Below, one piece after another: positions 52,039 to 59,219 of a DNA stretch of 64,000 nt (the first letter of the stretch is position 1; the number at the start of each line of letters is the position of its first letter). Under the pieces are notes generated by a model. The model ran no database searches, was not told the DNA's origin, and saw only the letters and a list, made by a program, of their open reading frames with translations. This DNA is from Lingula anatina (lineage: Eukaryota > Animalia > Brachiopoda): the NCBI GenBank assembly GCA_051362555.1, contig CM120642.1, positions 2,356,001-2,420,000 on the forward strand, given 5' to 3'. Position numbers and translations under genes: made by a program.

Positions 52039-55000
52039 GAGAATAAAGTCAATACACCATGAATTTTTTTAATAAAATGGAGAGAAAAGACTTAAAATGA
52101 AACATTGGGGGAATTACAAATAAAATGAAAATGTACAGAGATAAGGTTACAGCAATTATAATAAAAATAAAAATAATAAAAAATAATAATAATAAAACAT
52201 AGATAATATAGCACGGTAATTTTAAATATAGAAATGTAAGTTGTTATTACACGTGCAGGTCCTCTATTTCGTAATCAACGCTAGGTGATCAACTCTTGAT
52301 GCCGAGTCAACTGCTAACAGCACTGATCGTACGCTAGCATCACACTACAAGTATTGTGTAAATGACTATGATATAGATATCAATCATGCATGAGTTTGTT
52401 TTCTACTATATTAAGAAAACTGTAATTTTTATAGTAATTATTTTTAACCATAGGCATCACAAAGTGGAAGATGTAGCAGAGTTTCTTTTCCTAAAAGCAA
52501 GGTTAAGGAATTTGGCCAAATCTATTATCACGATCTCGTTTGGGTTGTACAATATGACGGAGAATTTATCATTGTTGTTCACATGTGTGAAGCATGTGTG
52601 GCCACTTTGTACTAAAGTAAATCCACAATAGATATATACACATATCAGTTACGTTTTGTATAATATTTACACATGTAAATGTTTTTTAAATGTTTAATAA
52701 CTAGGAAGTGATATCACTAGGTATGAATGCATAAAGAAAGATATCAACTTACCCTGTCCACACAGCAGGGATCAGCTCCGTGCTGAATGAGTAGAGCTGC
52801 TACATTGTTGTGACCGCCCACAGCAGCATAATGAAGTGGTGTGCGACCATACTGAAGAGTCACAACGTTTTTAGTCAACAAAACGCTTCAGAGAAAGGAT
52901 TCAAATAAGCAATAAGCAAACAGTTATGCAATTAATAAAATAAAATGTTAAGTATATTAGGTAACTAACAGCAGTTCAGCAGAGTGGTGTCACATTTCAC
53001 AGTGCATCCTTTTAGTCTATTGAATATATACATCACACTTTGATGCAGTTAACAATTTCCCAGTTATAAAATTTATCATGATTTAATCATAATGAAACCA
53101 CAAAAAATATTTCAAACAAAATACATTACATTTATGATATACCCCTAGGAATTAAAAGTGTCACCCCTATCGCAGGGGTATCCAAGGGTACCCAAAGTTT
53201 AAATTTCAACATTACATAACAGCTATGCGACCAACCAATGAAACAGTAGGCCAGTTATACGCGAACCAGATCCACCCCCCCCCCCCCCCCTCTATGGCCA
53301 GCTCAAACCATAGATCATAACCTCATAAAGAATGTGTAGGATATCCATGGAAATGGATAGCTGTCGGATAACCCTGCATGCAAAAGTGATCTCATACTTA
53401 TGCACCGTGTGTGAAACGCCATCACTGCGCAAACATTTAACAACTCTTTGACTCCACGTGCAGACGCGAGAGGTGCGTCCTATATATAAAAGATAATGAA
53501 CATTATACTAAATGTGGCTTTGATTTTTAACCATGGTTATTTATTTCATTAATGTTTTGGTGAAAAAATCCATTTAGAAGTTGAATAACGAACATTGGTT
53601 CATGGCACGATGTTCTGTATCCCATTACTTATTGCGTTAGGGTGACACTTTTTTGCTATAAAATCATAAAAATGTTAGAGGATCCGCATGCAATGTAAAC
53701 AAATGATGATTTTAAAATGTTCATTTACTGAATACCGATCTCTTAAGGAATGACTACATGATGAAAATATAGATCTTGCTTTGGAGCCACATTTCAAGTA
53801 GCATACAAAAACCTACCCAAGCCTTACTGCATGGATCAGCCCCGTGGCGCATAAGCAGATGTACTACATCGATGTAACCACCCTCAGCAGCGTAATGAAG
53901 AGGTGTTCGATCATCCTGAAGATACACAATGTTTTCAGTAACCAATATATGTTACACATAGTTGTCCCAAATGTTTAATGGGTAATTAAAAACAGTAATT
54001 AATAGGGAATAGACCTACATTATAAATTTACTAGACCACCAACAGTAGTTCAGTAAAGATGTGATACATTTTACAGTTCATCATTTTATTCTGTTGAATA
54101 TAAACATCACATAGTGTGTGAATCAGTATGTCGATGAAATGATGCAGTTAACAGTTCCCCAGTTTTGTTATGTTTCGTGATCTCATATTTCAAACAATAT
54201 ACATAAAACCCATAATAGATACATACGAGATATATTGATAAATCTTTTTGGTTTAACCAAGAATTGATCCCATTAGTTACGATCATATAATGACAATATA
54301 GAGGTAATGACGATGAGGTATACTTTTTAAAATTATAAAAGTAGCATACACAAACCTACCTCATCCTTAATGCATGGATCAGCCCCGTGGAGCATAAGTT
54401 GAGCTGCTTGATGGGTGTGACCAACTTCAGCAGCGTAATGAAGAGGTGTACGATCCTTCTAAAGATACATAATATTTGTGTACCGTGTATATCTTACAGG
54501 CAGATATATTAAATTATTCAAAAAGACGATGTGATAACCATGCACTAAAACCAAATTAATATTTTCGACCACCAACAGCAGTGCAGCAAAGAGGTGGCAC
54601 ATCTATTGCAGGTTATATAAACTAGACCATATCGCCTGGTTATCGATGAAGTGAAAGCACTAAAAATTCCCCACTTTATTTTTCAGAAACTCGCCATGTG
54701 AAAATCGCGATTAGGAATATTTAAAATAATATATTTGTAAAATCCAGAATAGCTATATACACGTACATAGGATACATGAACAGTATAATGTTTACCAATG
54801 GAAAGCATTTTTAAAATGTTCAGTTACTATATACTGGTTTCATTAGATGAGACTCTGAAATGAAAGATAAAGATTATGGGGAGGAGCTATATTTCAAGTA
54901 ACATACACAAATCTACCCAAGCTTTACTGTTTGGATTAGCTACGTGCTGAAGCAATAGAATTGCTGCATCGATGTAACCACCCTCAGTGGCGGAATGAAG

Positions 55001-58000
55001 TGTATGGTGTATGACCAAACTGAAGATAAACCATGTTTTCAGTAACCACTGTATCTTACAAGCAGATGCACCAAATAGTTCACATAGACATTGTCGAAAA
55101 TACGTATAACAAAACTAAATTAATATATCCGACAACTAATAAGTATGGGTATATCTCAGTTAGTGTTGGGGTATTTCACACTTTAATTTGAAACCATTTC
55201 ACCAGTAAGCATTTGGATGCGGTACTTTTTTGAAATAGCGTAACTCCCAAACCGTACCGGTACAGGTGTACCATGAAAATCTGACTCCCCTAAAATGTGA
55301 CTCCCCAGTCAGATTTTCATTATGAAAATGTGACTCCCCAGTCAGATTTTCATAATGAAAATGTGACTCCCCCTATGAAATTTTGACTCCCCCCCAAAAA
55401 ACATTCATTAATATCATTTTATTTGAGTAAATGACTATGATTTTGTAGTATGCATAATGGATGATACATTGGCACTTTTTTTGTAGTTTTCAGGTGAAAA
55501 TTTTTTAAAAAAAAAAGAAAAATTAAAAATGTGCACATAATGAAAATGTGGTTCCCCTATGAAAATTTGACTCCCCTACAAAAAAACATTCATATATCTC
55601 TAATTAATTTAGTATATGACTGTGATCTTGTAGTATGTAAAGTGGTTGATACATTGGCACATTTTTTGTAGTTTGCAGTGAGAATTTTAATTAACAAATA
55701 AGAAAATTAAAAATGAGCACATAATGAAAATCTGACTCCCCCATGAAAATTTGACTCCCCCTCCACAAAACTTCATAAATCTTATTTTATTTTGAGTATG
55801 TGACTGTGATCTTGTAGTATGTGAAATGGAGGATACATTGGTGCTTTTTTTGTAATTTGCAGGTGAAAATTTTCATGAAAAATGAGAAAATTAAAAATGT
55901 GCACATAATGAAAATCTGACTTCCCCATGAAAATTTGACTCCCCTGCCACAAAACTTCATAAATCTTATTTTATTTTGAGTATAAGACTGTGATCCTGTA
56001 GCATGTAAAATGGTTGATACATTGGCACATTTTTTGTAGTTTGCAGTGAAAATTTTAATGAAAAAATAAGAAAATTGAAAATGTGCACATGGTTAAAAAA
56101 TTGAGAGAAAAAAGTAATAAAACACATGAAAGAAAGAAAAATTAAGGATTTGTTTTCTAACACCCAATGGCTCCCCTATAAAAAGCTATTTATTTGATGT
56201 TTGATGATCATTCTGACAACTTTTCTTTTATGATACTTTATGAAAAAATTTATTGGAAATATTAAAAAGTTTTATGGTAAAATACTGCGTGAAAATAAAT
56301 GAAAAATGGATAATAAATTTGCATTCTTGTACCCGTAGGATTTTGACTCCCCTAGATAAAAGCACTTATTTCATATTTAGCACACATTTAAATGTTTTTA
56401 CTTTTTGCAATAAGTGTTTGAAATTTAAAAATAGTGAGAAATTCAGTATCATATTTATTTTGCACCCATGAGAAGGACAATTATTTTTTATTCAGTCATT
56501 ATATCACTATTTTCCACATACTTTTCATTGTATATATAATGATAACTCTGCACACTAAGCTATATGAAAATAAAAATTGTTTTGGGTCATATCAGAAAAG
56601 AATATTTTTTCAATTAAGTGCATACAATATCAACAAAATGTAGATGAATGTAAAAAGGATCCACTGAGACAAGAAAATTCTGCTTCTCTTCAATATTTTA
56701 CCTTGTGGCAGTGAAAACTTAATGATTACTTTGCACACTAGGCTAAATCAAAATACTTTTGCCCCTTAACTAAAAAAAAATCATATTGGAATTTAAGAAC
56801 ACAATAGTAAGGAAATATCACCAACATGTGAATAATGCTGCTAAAAAATTCTCAATTTTGACAAAAGTTATCACCACCAAACTTTCAAATGTGATAGGAC
56901 TGTGACATGCTTGGTGGGTAGCTTATTCATATGACGTAGCTTAAAGGAAAAAATATTAAATATGAAACATTTGGTTTGTAAGATGGGTCGTCAAAGTCCT
57001 ATGGGCGCAAGAATGCATACTTATTATCCTTTTTGCTTAATAAACCCCCATCTTTCATCCACCTTTGGGGAAAATAATGGGAAAACAAAAGAAAGTGTTT
57101 TGTTGGGTATGCTATATAAGAAGAATTAAAAAAAAGGCGATGGGGCCAATTTCTTGTGTTAAAAATGTAGTGTTTTGACATGGGAGTGCAAAACCTACAA
57201 GAATAAAGATGGATACTTGTTTTAAAATATTGACCAAAATTTTCATCATCAAACTTTCAAATAATGACAAAATATCCATCTCTATGCAAACTATGTGGAA
57301 AACAGTGGTATGGTGACTGAATATAAAATAGGTCCTTTTCTCCATGGGAGTCCAAATCTCATGGGTGTAAAAATAAAGATTTTCATGGTTTCTTTTTCAT
57401 GCTTTCACTATTTTATCATCAAACCTTTAAATATTTCCAATATATTTTTCATAAAGTATCTTAAAAGAAAAGGTGATGAAATGATCATCAAATATTAAAT
57501 AACTTTTTCATAGGGGAGACAATAGGCGATTAAGTGGACATTTTTAATTTTCTTATTTTTTCATGAAAATTTTCACCTGCAAATTACAAAAAAAAGCGCC
57601 AATGTATCCTCCATTTCACATACTACAAGATCACAGTCACATACTCAAAATAAAATAAGATTTATGAAGTTTTGTGGAGGGGCAGTCATATTTTCATGGG
57701 GGAGTCAGATTTTCATTATTTGCTCATTTTTAATTTTCTTACTTTTTCACATAATTTTTCACCTGCAAACTACAAAAAATGTGCCAATGTATCAACCATT
57801 TTACATGCTACAGGATCACAGTCATATACTCAAAATAAAATAAGATTTATGAAGTTTTGTGGCGGGGGAGTCAAATTTTCATGGGGGAGTCAGATTTTCA
57901 TTTTGTGCACATTTTTAATTTTCTTTATTTTTCATTAAAATTTTCACCTTCAAACTACAAAAAATGTGCCAATGTATCCTCCATTTTACATACTACAAGA

Positions 58001-59219
58001 TCACAGACGTATACCCAAAATAAAATAAGATTTATGAAGTTTTATGATGGGGGAGTCAAATTTTCACGGGGGAGTCAGATTTTCTTTATGTGCACATTTT
58101 TATTTTTCTTATTTTTTCATTTGAATTTTCACTGCAAACTACAAAAAATGTGCCAACGTATCATCCATTTTACATACAACAAGATCACAGTCACATACTC
58201 AAATAAAATAAGATGTATGAAGTTTTGTGGAGGGGGAGTCAAATTTTCATGGGGGGAGTCAGATTTTCATTATGAAAATCTGACTGGGGAGTCACATTTT
58301 CATAATGAAAATCTGACTGGGGAGTCACATTTTCATGGGAGTCAGATTTTCATGTTACACCGGAAACAAAACAAAGAAGGGATACCGCTTCCAGTTTAGT
58401 GCTTGTCAAGCTCTAAAAACGCAACAAATAAAAAATGTCAAGCTTTTTCATCTACACTCAGACCACACTCAGACCAGATAGAGGGTGCAGCACTAGTTTT
58501 TTTTTCTTTAATACTCCACAATTATGTAAGTTTTATTTCAATTTGTGTTTATCATATAAGGATAATTGTTTTACCTATAAGGAATTTTTAAAGGTATTTT
58601 TGCATTTTGTAAAGTATTTTGTACTTTTTTGTTTCAGTGACCAGCTATACAGCGAAGTGCAACTATTAAAAAAAATGCGTTCAACATAATCTTAAAACTA
58701 TCTCGATACACTTACATAGTACCTTCTCCACAATTACTTCGGTCTGGGAGATGTTTAGCATTTAACTTTCAAAAAAAATTGACAAAGGTGCATTGTGACG
58801 AGCGGGGTTCAAAGTGGGATTATATATAAGCTTATTCAAAGACAGTGGGGACACAGGCCCTTGTAGTCTAAGAGGACAAGCGGTAACGGTGACAGGACAC
58901 GGAGGCGACGGAAGCCGTAGTAGTACGAGACAGGTCGGGACTTAAACCATGATCGAGTACCTTCAGCGCTCACGCTGGTGGTTCTAATAATAATAAGCAG
59001 ACAAATAAATCATTAAATAATCCCTAAATATCTATAGGTAAATAATCGGAAAATATTTAAAATCATTATATATATTAGGAAATTAACTGTGTGATAACAT
59101 ACAATTACTTGTATAATAAAGAAAAACAAAACAATCGCCTAAACCTACCTCTATGCACATGTCTGGGTCAACCACGTTTTTCTTCATGTAAGATGCCGTC
59201 AAATAGAATTCCAAGTCAC
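17183..59219 (-). CDS. Multi-exon ankyrin-repeat gene: probable N-cap exon plus 17 single-repeat exons; start exon not identified; possibly continues into GBP
   Basis: Each exon encodes one 33-aa xGxTPLHxAAxGGHxxVxxLLxxHGADPxxxxx repeat flanked by AG/GT, phase 0-0; introns are mutually homologous. Confidence 0.9.
18319..18417 (-). CDS. ANK exon 16: NGHTPLHYAAEGGQRDVVALLLQFGADPSSKDR
   Basis: 99 nt, TAG/GTAGGT, open. Confidence 0.88.
18886..18984 (-). CDS. ANK exon 15 (class D): GGCTPLHYAAQCGYSNVAALLLHHGADSCSKAW
   Basis: 99 nt, CAG/GTAGGT, within ORF 18868..19071. Confidence 0.88.
19393..19491 (-). CDS. ANK exon 14 (class A): FGRTPLHHAAVGGHNNVAALLIQHGADPCCGDN
   Basis: 99 nt, CAG/GTAAGT, open. 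Confidence 0.88.
21090..21580 (+). mobile_element. Tc1/mariner transposase 3' fragment nested in the Academ-like element
   Basis: TCTCCGGATATGAATCCGGTTGAACACTTGTGG = SPDMNPVEHLW; degenerate remainder. Confidence 0.7.
21741..21838. mobile_element. 98-bp MITE
   Basis: CCCAGCAGACAAACGACATTGATT / AATCAATGTCGTTTGCCTGCTGGG TIRs; AA on both sides. Confidence 0.85.
22541..22912 (-). mobile_element. 5'-truncated RTE-clade LINE fragment
   Basis: ORF 22549..22887 (WFLRKMMRISWTE...FLGHVMRKE...GKRSRGRQRLTY) with (GA)n tail; inserted in one copy of a ~170-bp local duplication. Confidence 0.85.
23650..23748 (-). CDS. ANK exon 13 (class C): DDCTPLHCAADGGHSDAAALLYKCGADACSKAL
   Basis: 99 nt, CAG/GTAGGT, open. 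Confidence 0.85.
25156..25254 (-). CDS. ANK exon 12 (class B): DDRTPLHYAAEGGYIDLIALLIQHGADPNCKAW
   Basis: 99 nt, CAG/GTACGT, open. Confidence 0.88.
28432..29925 (+). CDS. gag: Gypsy Gag (capsid plus CCHC zinc knuckle)
   Basis: Open ORF; CYNCHEMDHISTNC knuckle; start placed at the first in-frame ATG downstream of the LTR. Confidence 0.88.
   Translation: MEPLCSNEIDNSGEETRITRMENEIRHLNSKFEGLCENVYKMTEGLQKFQTEFISYMRRDNPSLLENSASPLTHAQQGHIEINDPHDGDAPPGSDTSTESSTHGLAERISSNADFVPVPGQPVVSDPTVPAYRYGRQNSDPRGPHRQFREDVPTFTPTQRSQPVDTPLYTDENRQPPPTGRSFPIYNESHITCPQPPTRFQSYDGSTNFYSYYVKLCCVAESKGWGVKEIYEIMINSLEGKALDEFVKLPPYERMHLYSVVDTLMKCFGKTENSSLARTELAAIKQKENESYEEFGSRVRILAMSAYRGTGLFNQMATESFLRGCSDKDLVEKVMCMRPRTLEEAVENARTCGANMQILGLRNENCSKQLRKVTFKEPQSPCTDHIERQNPPNVSRVQFSPRSSSPNRRKSFQSNDVEQRLQNIESSLLELIQLFRQSVNQTQKGNDTQFSTPPRGITRCYNCHEMDHISTNCPQKNSDSLNRNRSPVRSNNRPQLQ
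29871..29912 (+). promoter_or_regulatory. Putative -1 ribosomal frameshift signal between gag and pol
   Basis: G TTA AAC heptamer, then stem CGCA.CAGG/CCTGTGCG and GGTCG/CGACC pairing; the -1 frame is open to pol ATG 29964. Confidence 0.6.
29964..33812 (+). CDS. pol: Gypsy Pol (protease, RT, RNase H, integrase)
   Basis: 1282-aa ORF; IDTAA protease, YLDD RT, DAS RNase H, HHCC plus DDE integrase, GPF motif; frame open upstream into the gag overlap. Confidence 0.96.
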   Translation: MDKGESLVVPIHVNGIKTNAVIDTAAQVTIVSDKLLSEITGEITYGGYHDIKGIPQINLRAREIKGLKLAIGSEVYEWTVLAAPIPDNVLLGLDFLKMFQCNICLENNFISLARPDPSNRRRNKVHASIRKGSDNYLVANRVILSKKVAVPPHSEKFVQVPFVAERNKTFLLNAPKYDQKGLSVPYGLISTDYTDDCLSCSLTLRNETDKSITLKAGHVMGDLEEIERVLGYPEIFDSSNVHQSFSVLKVDVNSNDVKNNIPEHVIDLWKRSSEDLSDEQSLKLGNLLTKYADVFSKSEFDIGHFTKIKHRIDTNEAKPIKQRLRRTPLGFEQEEKATLDKLLAADIVQPSCSEWSSPPVLVRKKDGTLRYCIDFRALNKVTVKDVYPLPQIDECLDVLAGTRYFSTLDMNCAYYQVEVEESSRPKTAFMTKYGLFEFKRLPFGLTNSPATFMRAVNSVLHGLTWRQVLAYLDDVVVLGNNFDDSIANIALVLDRFKENGLKLKPSKCSLLKRSVLYLGKLVDENGIAPNPDSIKAVQRWPRPKCKKDVERFLGLVNYHRSHIKCFAAMSGVLYDLTKNKSVFNWTNEHEVAFNDLKQALVHSPVLSFPDSDGLFILDTDASDTCIGAELIQVQNDAEKVISYGSFALTPSQRRYCTTKKELLAVVRFTRQYRHYLLGRKFVIRTDHCSLTWIMRFKLLNGVLARWMEELAQYDFEIQHRSGKNHSNADSLSRIPLQHKDCYYYEDGCDVTKLPCGGCHHCTRLHEEWDRFNKDVDYIGPLSLRSVKTVTPAVDPPRENTGNVELFAKYTASQLREAQLKDPHLLKVIGWIEENVSPSQEELQLCSTAVKFLWTNFNLLSMKDGVLYYSRFDKGSFNPLLVLPKEFQQEALSLCHDPVISGHQGIARTLSKLRQSVFWYGMTTDCKLYVNSCVACEKNKKANRKFRAELQNFHAGAPLERVHIDILGPLTPSKSGNKYILVVVCQFTKWVEAYPLADQTADTVSKTLVNNFIARFGCPTIIHSDMGANFTSELFSNVCSLLSINKTQTSPYRPSSNGAVERQNRTIMQCIRCYLEGQDSNWDKHLSLITSAIRAVPNRQTGLTPNMLMFGRETRQPIDFTFGLKSIKGDVEPNSYVMQLKEKLESVHELARKCLGENLKTQKAYYDANARQTQYCKGDLVYRYNNMSKPGRSKKLQPVWLGPFKIIEVLSPILYKIKTKRKVVVVHHDHLKPCKGRGALKPSKAKCVTPPNVGDDQPQGDRTVKDAVVTRSGRTVIPPIRYC
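35168..35354 (-). ncRNA. Putative HDV-like self-cleaving ribozyme at the RTE 5' end
   Basis: P1 GGGGUGU/ACACCCU, P3-L3 CC-UCCCGU-GG, GG J1/4, hairpin CUAGGUCC/GGGCCUAG, GCUAA J4/2, short P2 CCCU/AGGG. Confidence 0.6.
35447..35545 (-). CDS. ANK exon 11 (class A): FGRTPLHDATVGGHSDVAALLIQHGADPCCVDR
   Basis: 99 nt, CAG/GTAAGT, open. Confidence 0.88.
36122..36220 (-). CDS. ANK exon 10 (class D): GGRTPLSYASEGGHINVASLLLQRGADPNCKAR
   Basis: 99 nt, CAG/GTAGGT, open. Confidence 0.88.
36677..36775 (-). CDS. ANK exon 9 (class A): YGRTPLYYAAVGGHSGVAALLIQHGADPCCEDK
   Basis: 99 nt, CAG/GTAAGT, open. Confidence 0.88.
37189..37287 (-). CDS. ANK exon 8 (class C): DDRTPLHYAADGGHKDFAALLLQHGADPFSIAW
   Basis: 99 nt, CAG/GTAGGT, within ORF 37096..37338. 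Confidence 0.88.
37784..37882 (-). CDS. ANK exon 7 (class B): DDRTPLHYAAEGGYIDLIALLIQHGADPNSKAW
   Basis: 99 nt, CAG/GTAGGT, near-identical to exon 12. Confidence 0.88.
39306..46643 (+). mobile_element. Intact BEL/Pao LTR retrotransposon nested in Tc1
   Basis: Apparently identical 690-bp LTRs (39306-39995, 45954-46643; TG...CA); 5-bp TSD CCAGG; PPT AAGTGGGGAG. Confidence 0.96.
40054..45858 (+). CDS. BEL/Pao Gag-Pol polyprotein
   Basis: 1934-aa ORF; triple Cys/His knuckles, DDQS protease, YVDD RT, FADAS/TIPRLEL/NPAD RNase H, integrase DVFGP...SDRGTNF...GIWER. Confidence 0.96.
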   Translation: MEDSEVNTEGRKRQLTEKGTEHLHSKISPITTKLDKLSAHIDTELMNFSCCDLKEIEEIQIIKDSICTLWSKYQEVFTELSGVLKRNPSDFSDEERMIAQGKFASTQTKVDMVMAKIDKFLFAQIKRPGSIKSERSMLSTQSLLAQQKAKLEAARVRLDYAQREAEFKSVQAEMEKASQEMKTKVKILETEKELAVAEAEYQAVKEMSEEDDDKASSVSLQRTRTQRTRAYVEAGPHTGNNILSQAATFPATTFVPSRSEIRAQEPNTSTGNPSTERMYLATEFSKHLLRKDLLMTRFMNFNDEPQDYPAWKENFKSIIQELGANDREQLDLLVKFLGPKSSQQARSLRNASANDASLAIRRIWERLEERYGRPELIDAALKSKVASFPKISGPNEYPRLYELLDILHEIEFKKEDPAYKDLLCQWDTSTGVNLVLHKLPFFLQNKWIDRAAKYKSTHSVPYPPFEDFVVFVRDMSSRCNDPSFSFSFPAPAMVKKQPPKSKVSTFKTEVANPPLERGRNLCPLHNVGHSLNTCRAFRKKSIDERKKILKENHICYRCCETNMHLFRDCKNEVKCQVCGRTNHATAMHIEITRLQGDSGETPSPNEDSITTKCTTLCGEGFSGRSCAKTILVNVFPAGQPEKSIRVYAVHDDQSNRTLGNSSLFDKLQLASEQRHYTVSSCSGTSRITTRYATNLIVQSVDKSCEIKVPNIIECSVPNERSEIPTPEVTSHFEHLAPLANSIPPLDTTAQIGLLIGRDVLEAHHVQQQIVGPRNSPFAQKLPLGWVVVGEVCLGQFHRPDLTVVNAYKTHFTRGGRPTIMSPCTSGMIIKDSVAPEDNIFKTTRLDERVGMSQDDVAFLTVMENSMVKDADGHLKAPLPFKHPRPTLPNNRPQALRRARLLATSLKKNTQKEKDMVEFMGQIIESRAAEEAPKLAPETESWYLPLFGVYHPRKPNKIRGVFDSSAEYEGLSLNSVLLSGPNLTNSLLGVLLRFRRNKVAITTDIHQMFYSFRVNEEHRNFLRFFWFRNNDPREDMIEYRMRVHVFGNTPSPAVATYGLRKAVEDAEDDVRNFVHRDFYVDDGLASCPTESEAISLVKRTQATLQNNAKIKLHKIASNSPAVMKAFEAEDLDKSLRSIDLFEEELPQQASLGLVWELKDDAFIFKLNMPERPPTRRGILSAISSIFDPLGFLTPITTGGRILLREITESGVEWDQPLAEDLKTKWEAWKSSLKLVVDLQFPRMFVQNSWCEADYLKVHVFADASESAISAVAFAQVVFGQEVQSGFLMGKSKLSPPGGTTIPRLELCAAVLATELADIVSGFLDVKPEDFVYHSDSKVVLGYLYNRTKRFYTYVSNRVQAVLKRSKAHQWQYIPSQKNPADCGTRGNYPVKDFTHSLWINGPDLLRCENIITSQTHDLVNPANDKEIRQEISVAKIAVTYDLQSKFEKFSTWPSLIRAFSALKRRCSKRPEYKESPNLKTIEETVKTENLLIKVSQDACFPNEMSALREGQPLSHRSSILALSPFLDQEGIMRVGGRLNQAPVAFDEKHPVIIDGKSHFAKLLVTHFHREVFHQGRLITETAIRKRFWITGVKRIISSMIYKCVPCRKLRGQVMNQQMADLPKDRLTSGPPFAIVGVDVFGPWSVVARRTRGGIAESKRWGVLFTCLFTRAVHIELVESMSSDAFINAMRRFVAIRGPVTEFRSDRGTNFVGALEDVQAQGIFVEGGPVQEYLIKHKIIWRFNPPHASHMGGIWERMIGITRRILDGMFLNRCQKLTHDVLCTLMHEVSAIINSRPIGPISTDPDYPEVITPAMLLTQKTEGLPALTDSVNLRDIYRSQWKHVQVLANTFWKRWRQSYLQNLQSRSKWQIKQPDLKEGDIVLLRDINCSRNEWPMGLVVKTFPSKTDKAVRTVEVRVKGGKTFVRPLTELILLVD
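47381..47479 (-). CDS. ANK exon 6 (class A): YGRTPLHYAASGGHNNVAALLIQHGADPCCVDR
   Basis: 99 nt, CAG/GTAAGT, open. Confidence 0.88.
47642..48050. mobile_element. GC-rich Harbinger-like MITE fragment
   Basis: AGCCTCGGTCACAACCGG start after TAA, many CGTAC/GCGT motifs; interrupts the intron consensus; second TIR not found. Confidence 0.4.
48186..48284 (-). CDS. ANK exon 5: DDRTPLHYVAVGGYSNVATELLYHKADPCSKDK
   Basis: 99 nt, CAG/GTAGGT, open. Confidence 0.85.
48314..51828. mobile_element. Academ-like non-autonomous element with ~3 tandem ~740-bp copies of its left arm
   Basis: TA(C/G)TCC(A/G)TGGGCCAA termini, long inverted arms; 3-bp TSD CTG (48311-48313, 51829-51831); flanks rejoin to match the intron at ~25270. 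Confidence 0.8.
52753..52851 (-). CDS. ANK exon 4 (class A): YGRTPLHYAAVGGHNNVAALLIQHGADPCCVDR
   Basis: 99 nt, CAG/GTAAGT, open. Confidence 0.88.
53140..53660. mobile_element. Tc1-type MITE
   Basis: Inverted AAAAGTGTCACCC.TA.CGCA at ~53154 and ~53653, similar to the Tc1 TIR at 37993. Confidence 0.6.
53817..53915 (-). CDS. ANK exon 3 (class B): DDRTPLHYAAEGGYIDVVHLLMRHGADPCSKAW
   Basis: 99 nt, CAG/GTAGGT, within ORF 53754..53945. Confidence 0.88.
54360..54458 (-). CDS. ANK exon 2: KDRTPLHYAAEVGHTHQAAQLMLHGADPCIKDE
   Basis: 99 nt, TAG/GTAGGT, open. Confidence 0.85.
54917..55019 (-). pseudogene. ANK exon 1, frameshifted (103 nt); repaired: FGHTPLHSATEGGYIDAAILLLQHVANPNSKAW
   Basis: 4-nt insertion (CCA-TACA-CTT) gives TGA at codon 12; donor GTAGAT. 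Confidence 0.82.
55263..58363. mobile_element. Foldback-type TIR element, arms built from ~180-bp tandem subrepeats
   Basis: C.GGTGTA.CATGAAAATCTGACTCCC at the left end and its reverse complement at the right; inverted arrays 55270-56090 and 57540-58360. Confidence 0.85.
58780..58993 (-). mobile_element. Terminal fragment of a HINE related to the element at 847-3130
   Basis: GCGGTAACGGT...GGGACT.AAAC...CAGCGCT.ACGCTGGTGGT..AATAAT resembles 3038-3131. Confidence 0.6.
59149..59219 (-). CDS. Probable N-cap exon of the ankyrin gene: (G)DLEFYLTASYMKKNVVDPDMCIE
   Basis: 71 nt, TTTTAG acceptor, GAG/GTAGGTTT donor like the ANK exons; open when ended in phase 0; resembles the second half of an ANK repeat. 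Confidence 0.55.

Noticed and set aside
54995-55010. 4-nt insertion as a Tc1 excision footprint
   Set aside because: The ancestral site lacks a TA target; local CATACA slippage explains it
17183-55019. Dscam-style mutually exclusive splicing with docking/selector sequences
   Set aside because: The shared intron motif (GACCACCAACAGCAG) is explained by unit duplication; I found no complementary docking site, and ankyrin folds need several tandem repeats
57672-58399. 180-aa and 88-aa ORFs
   Set aside because: Translations of the tandem subrepeats in the foldback arm
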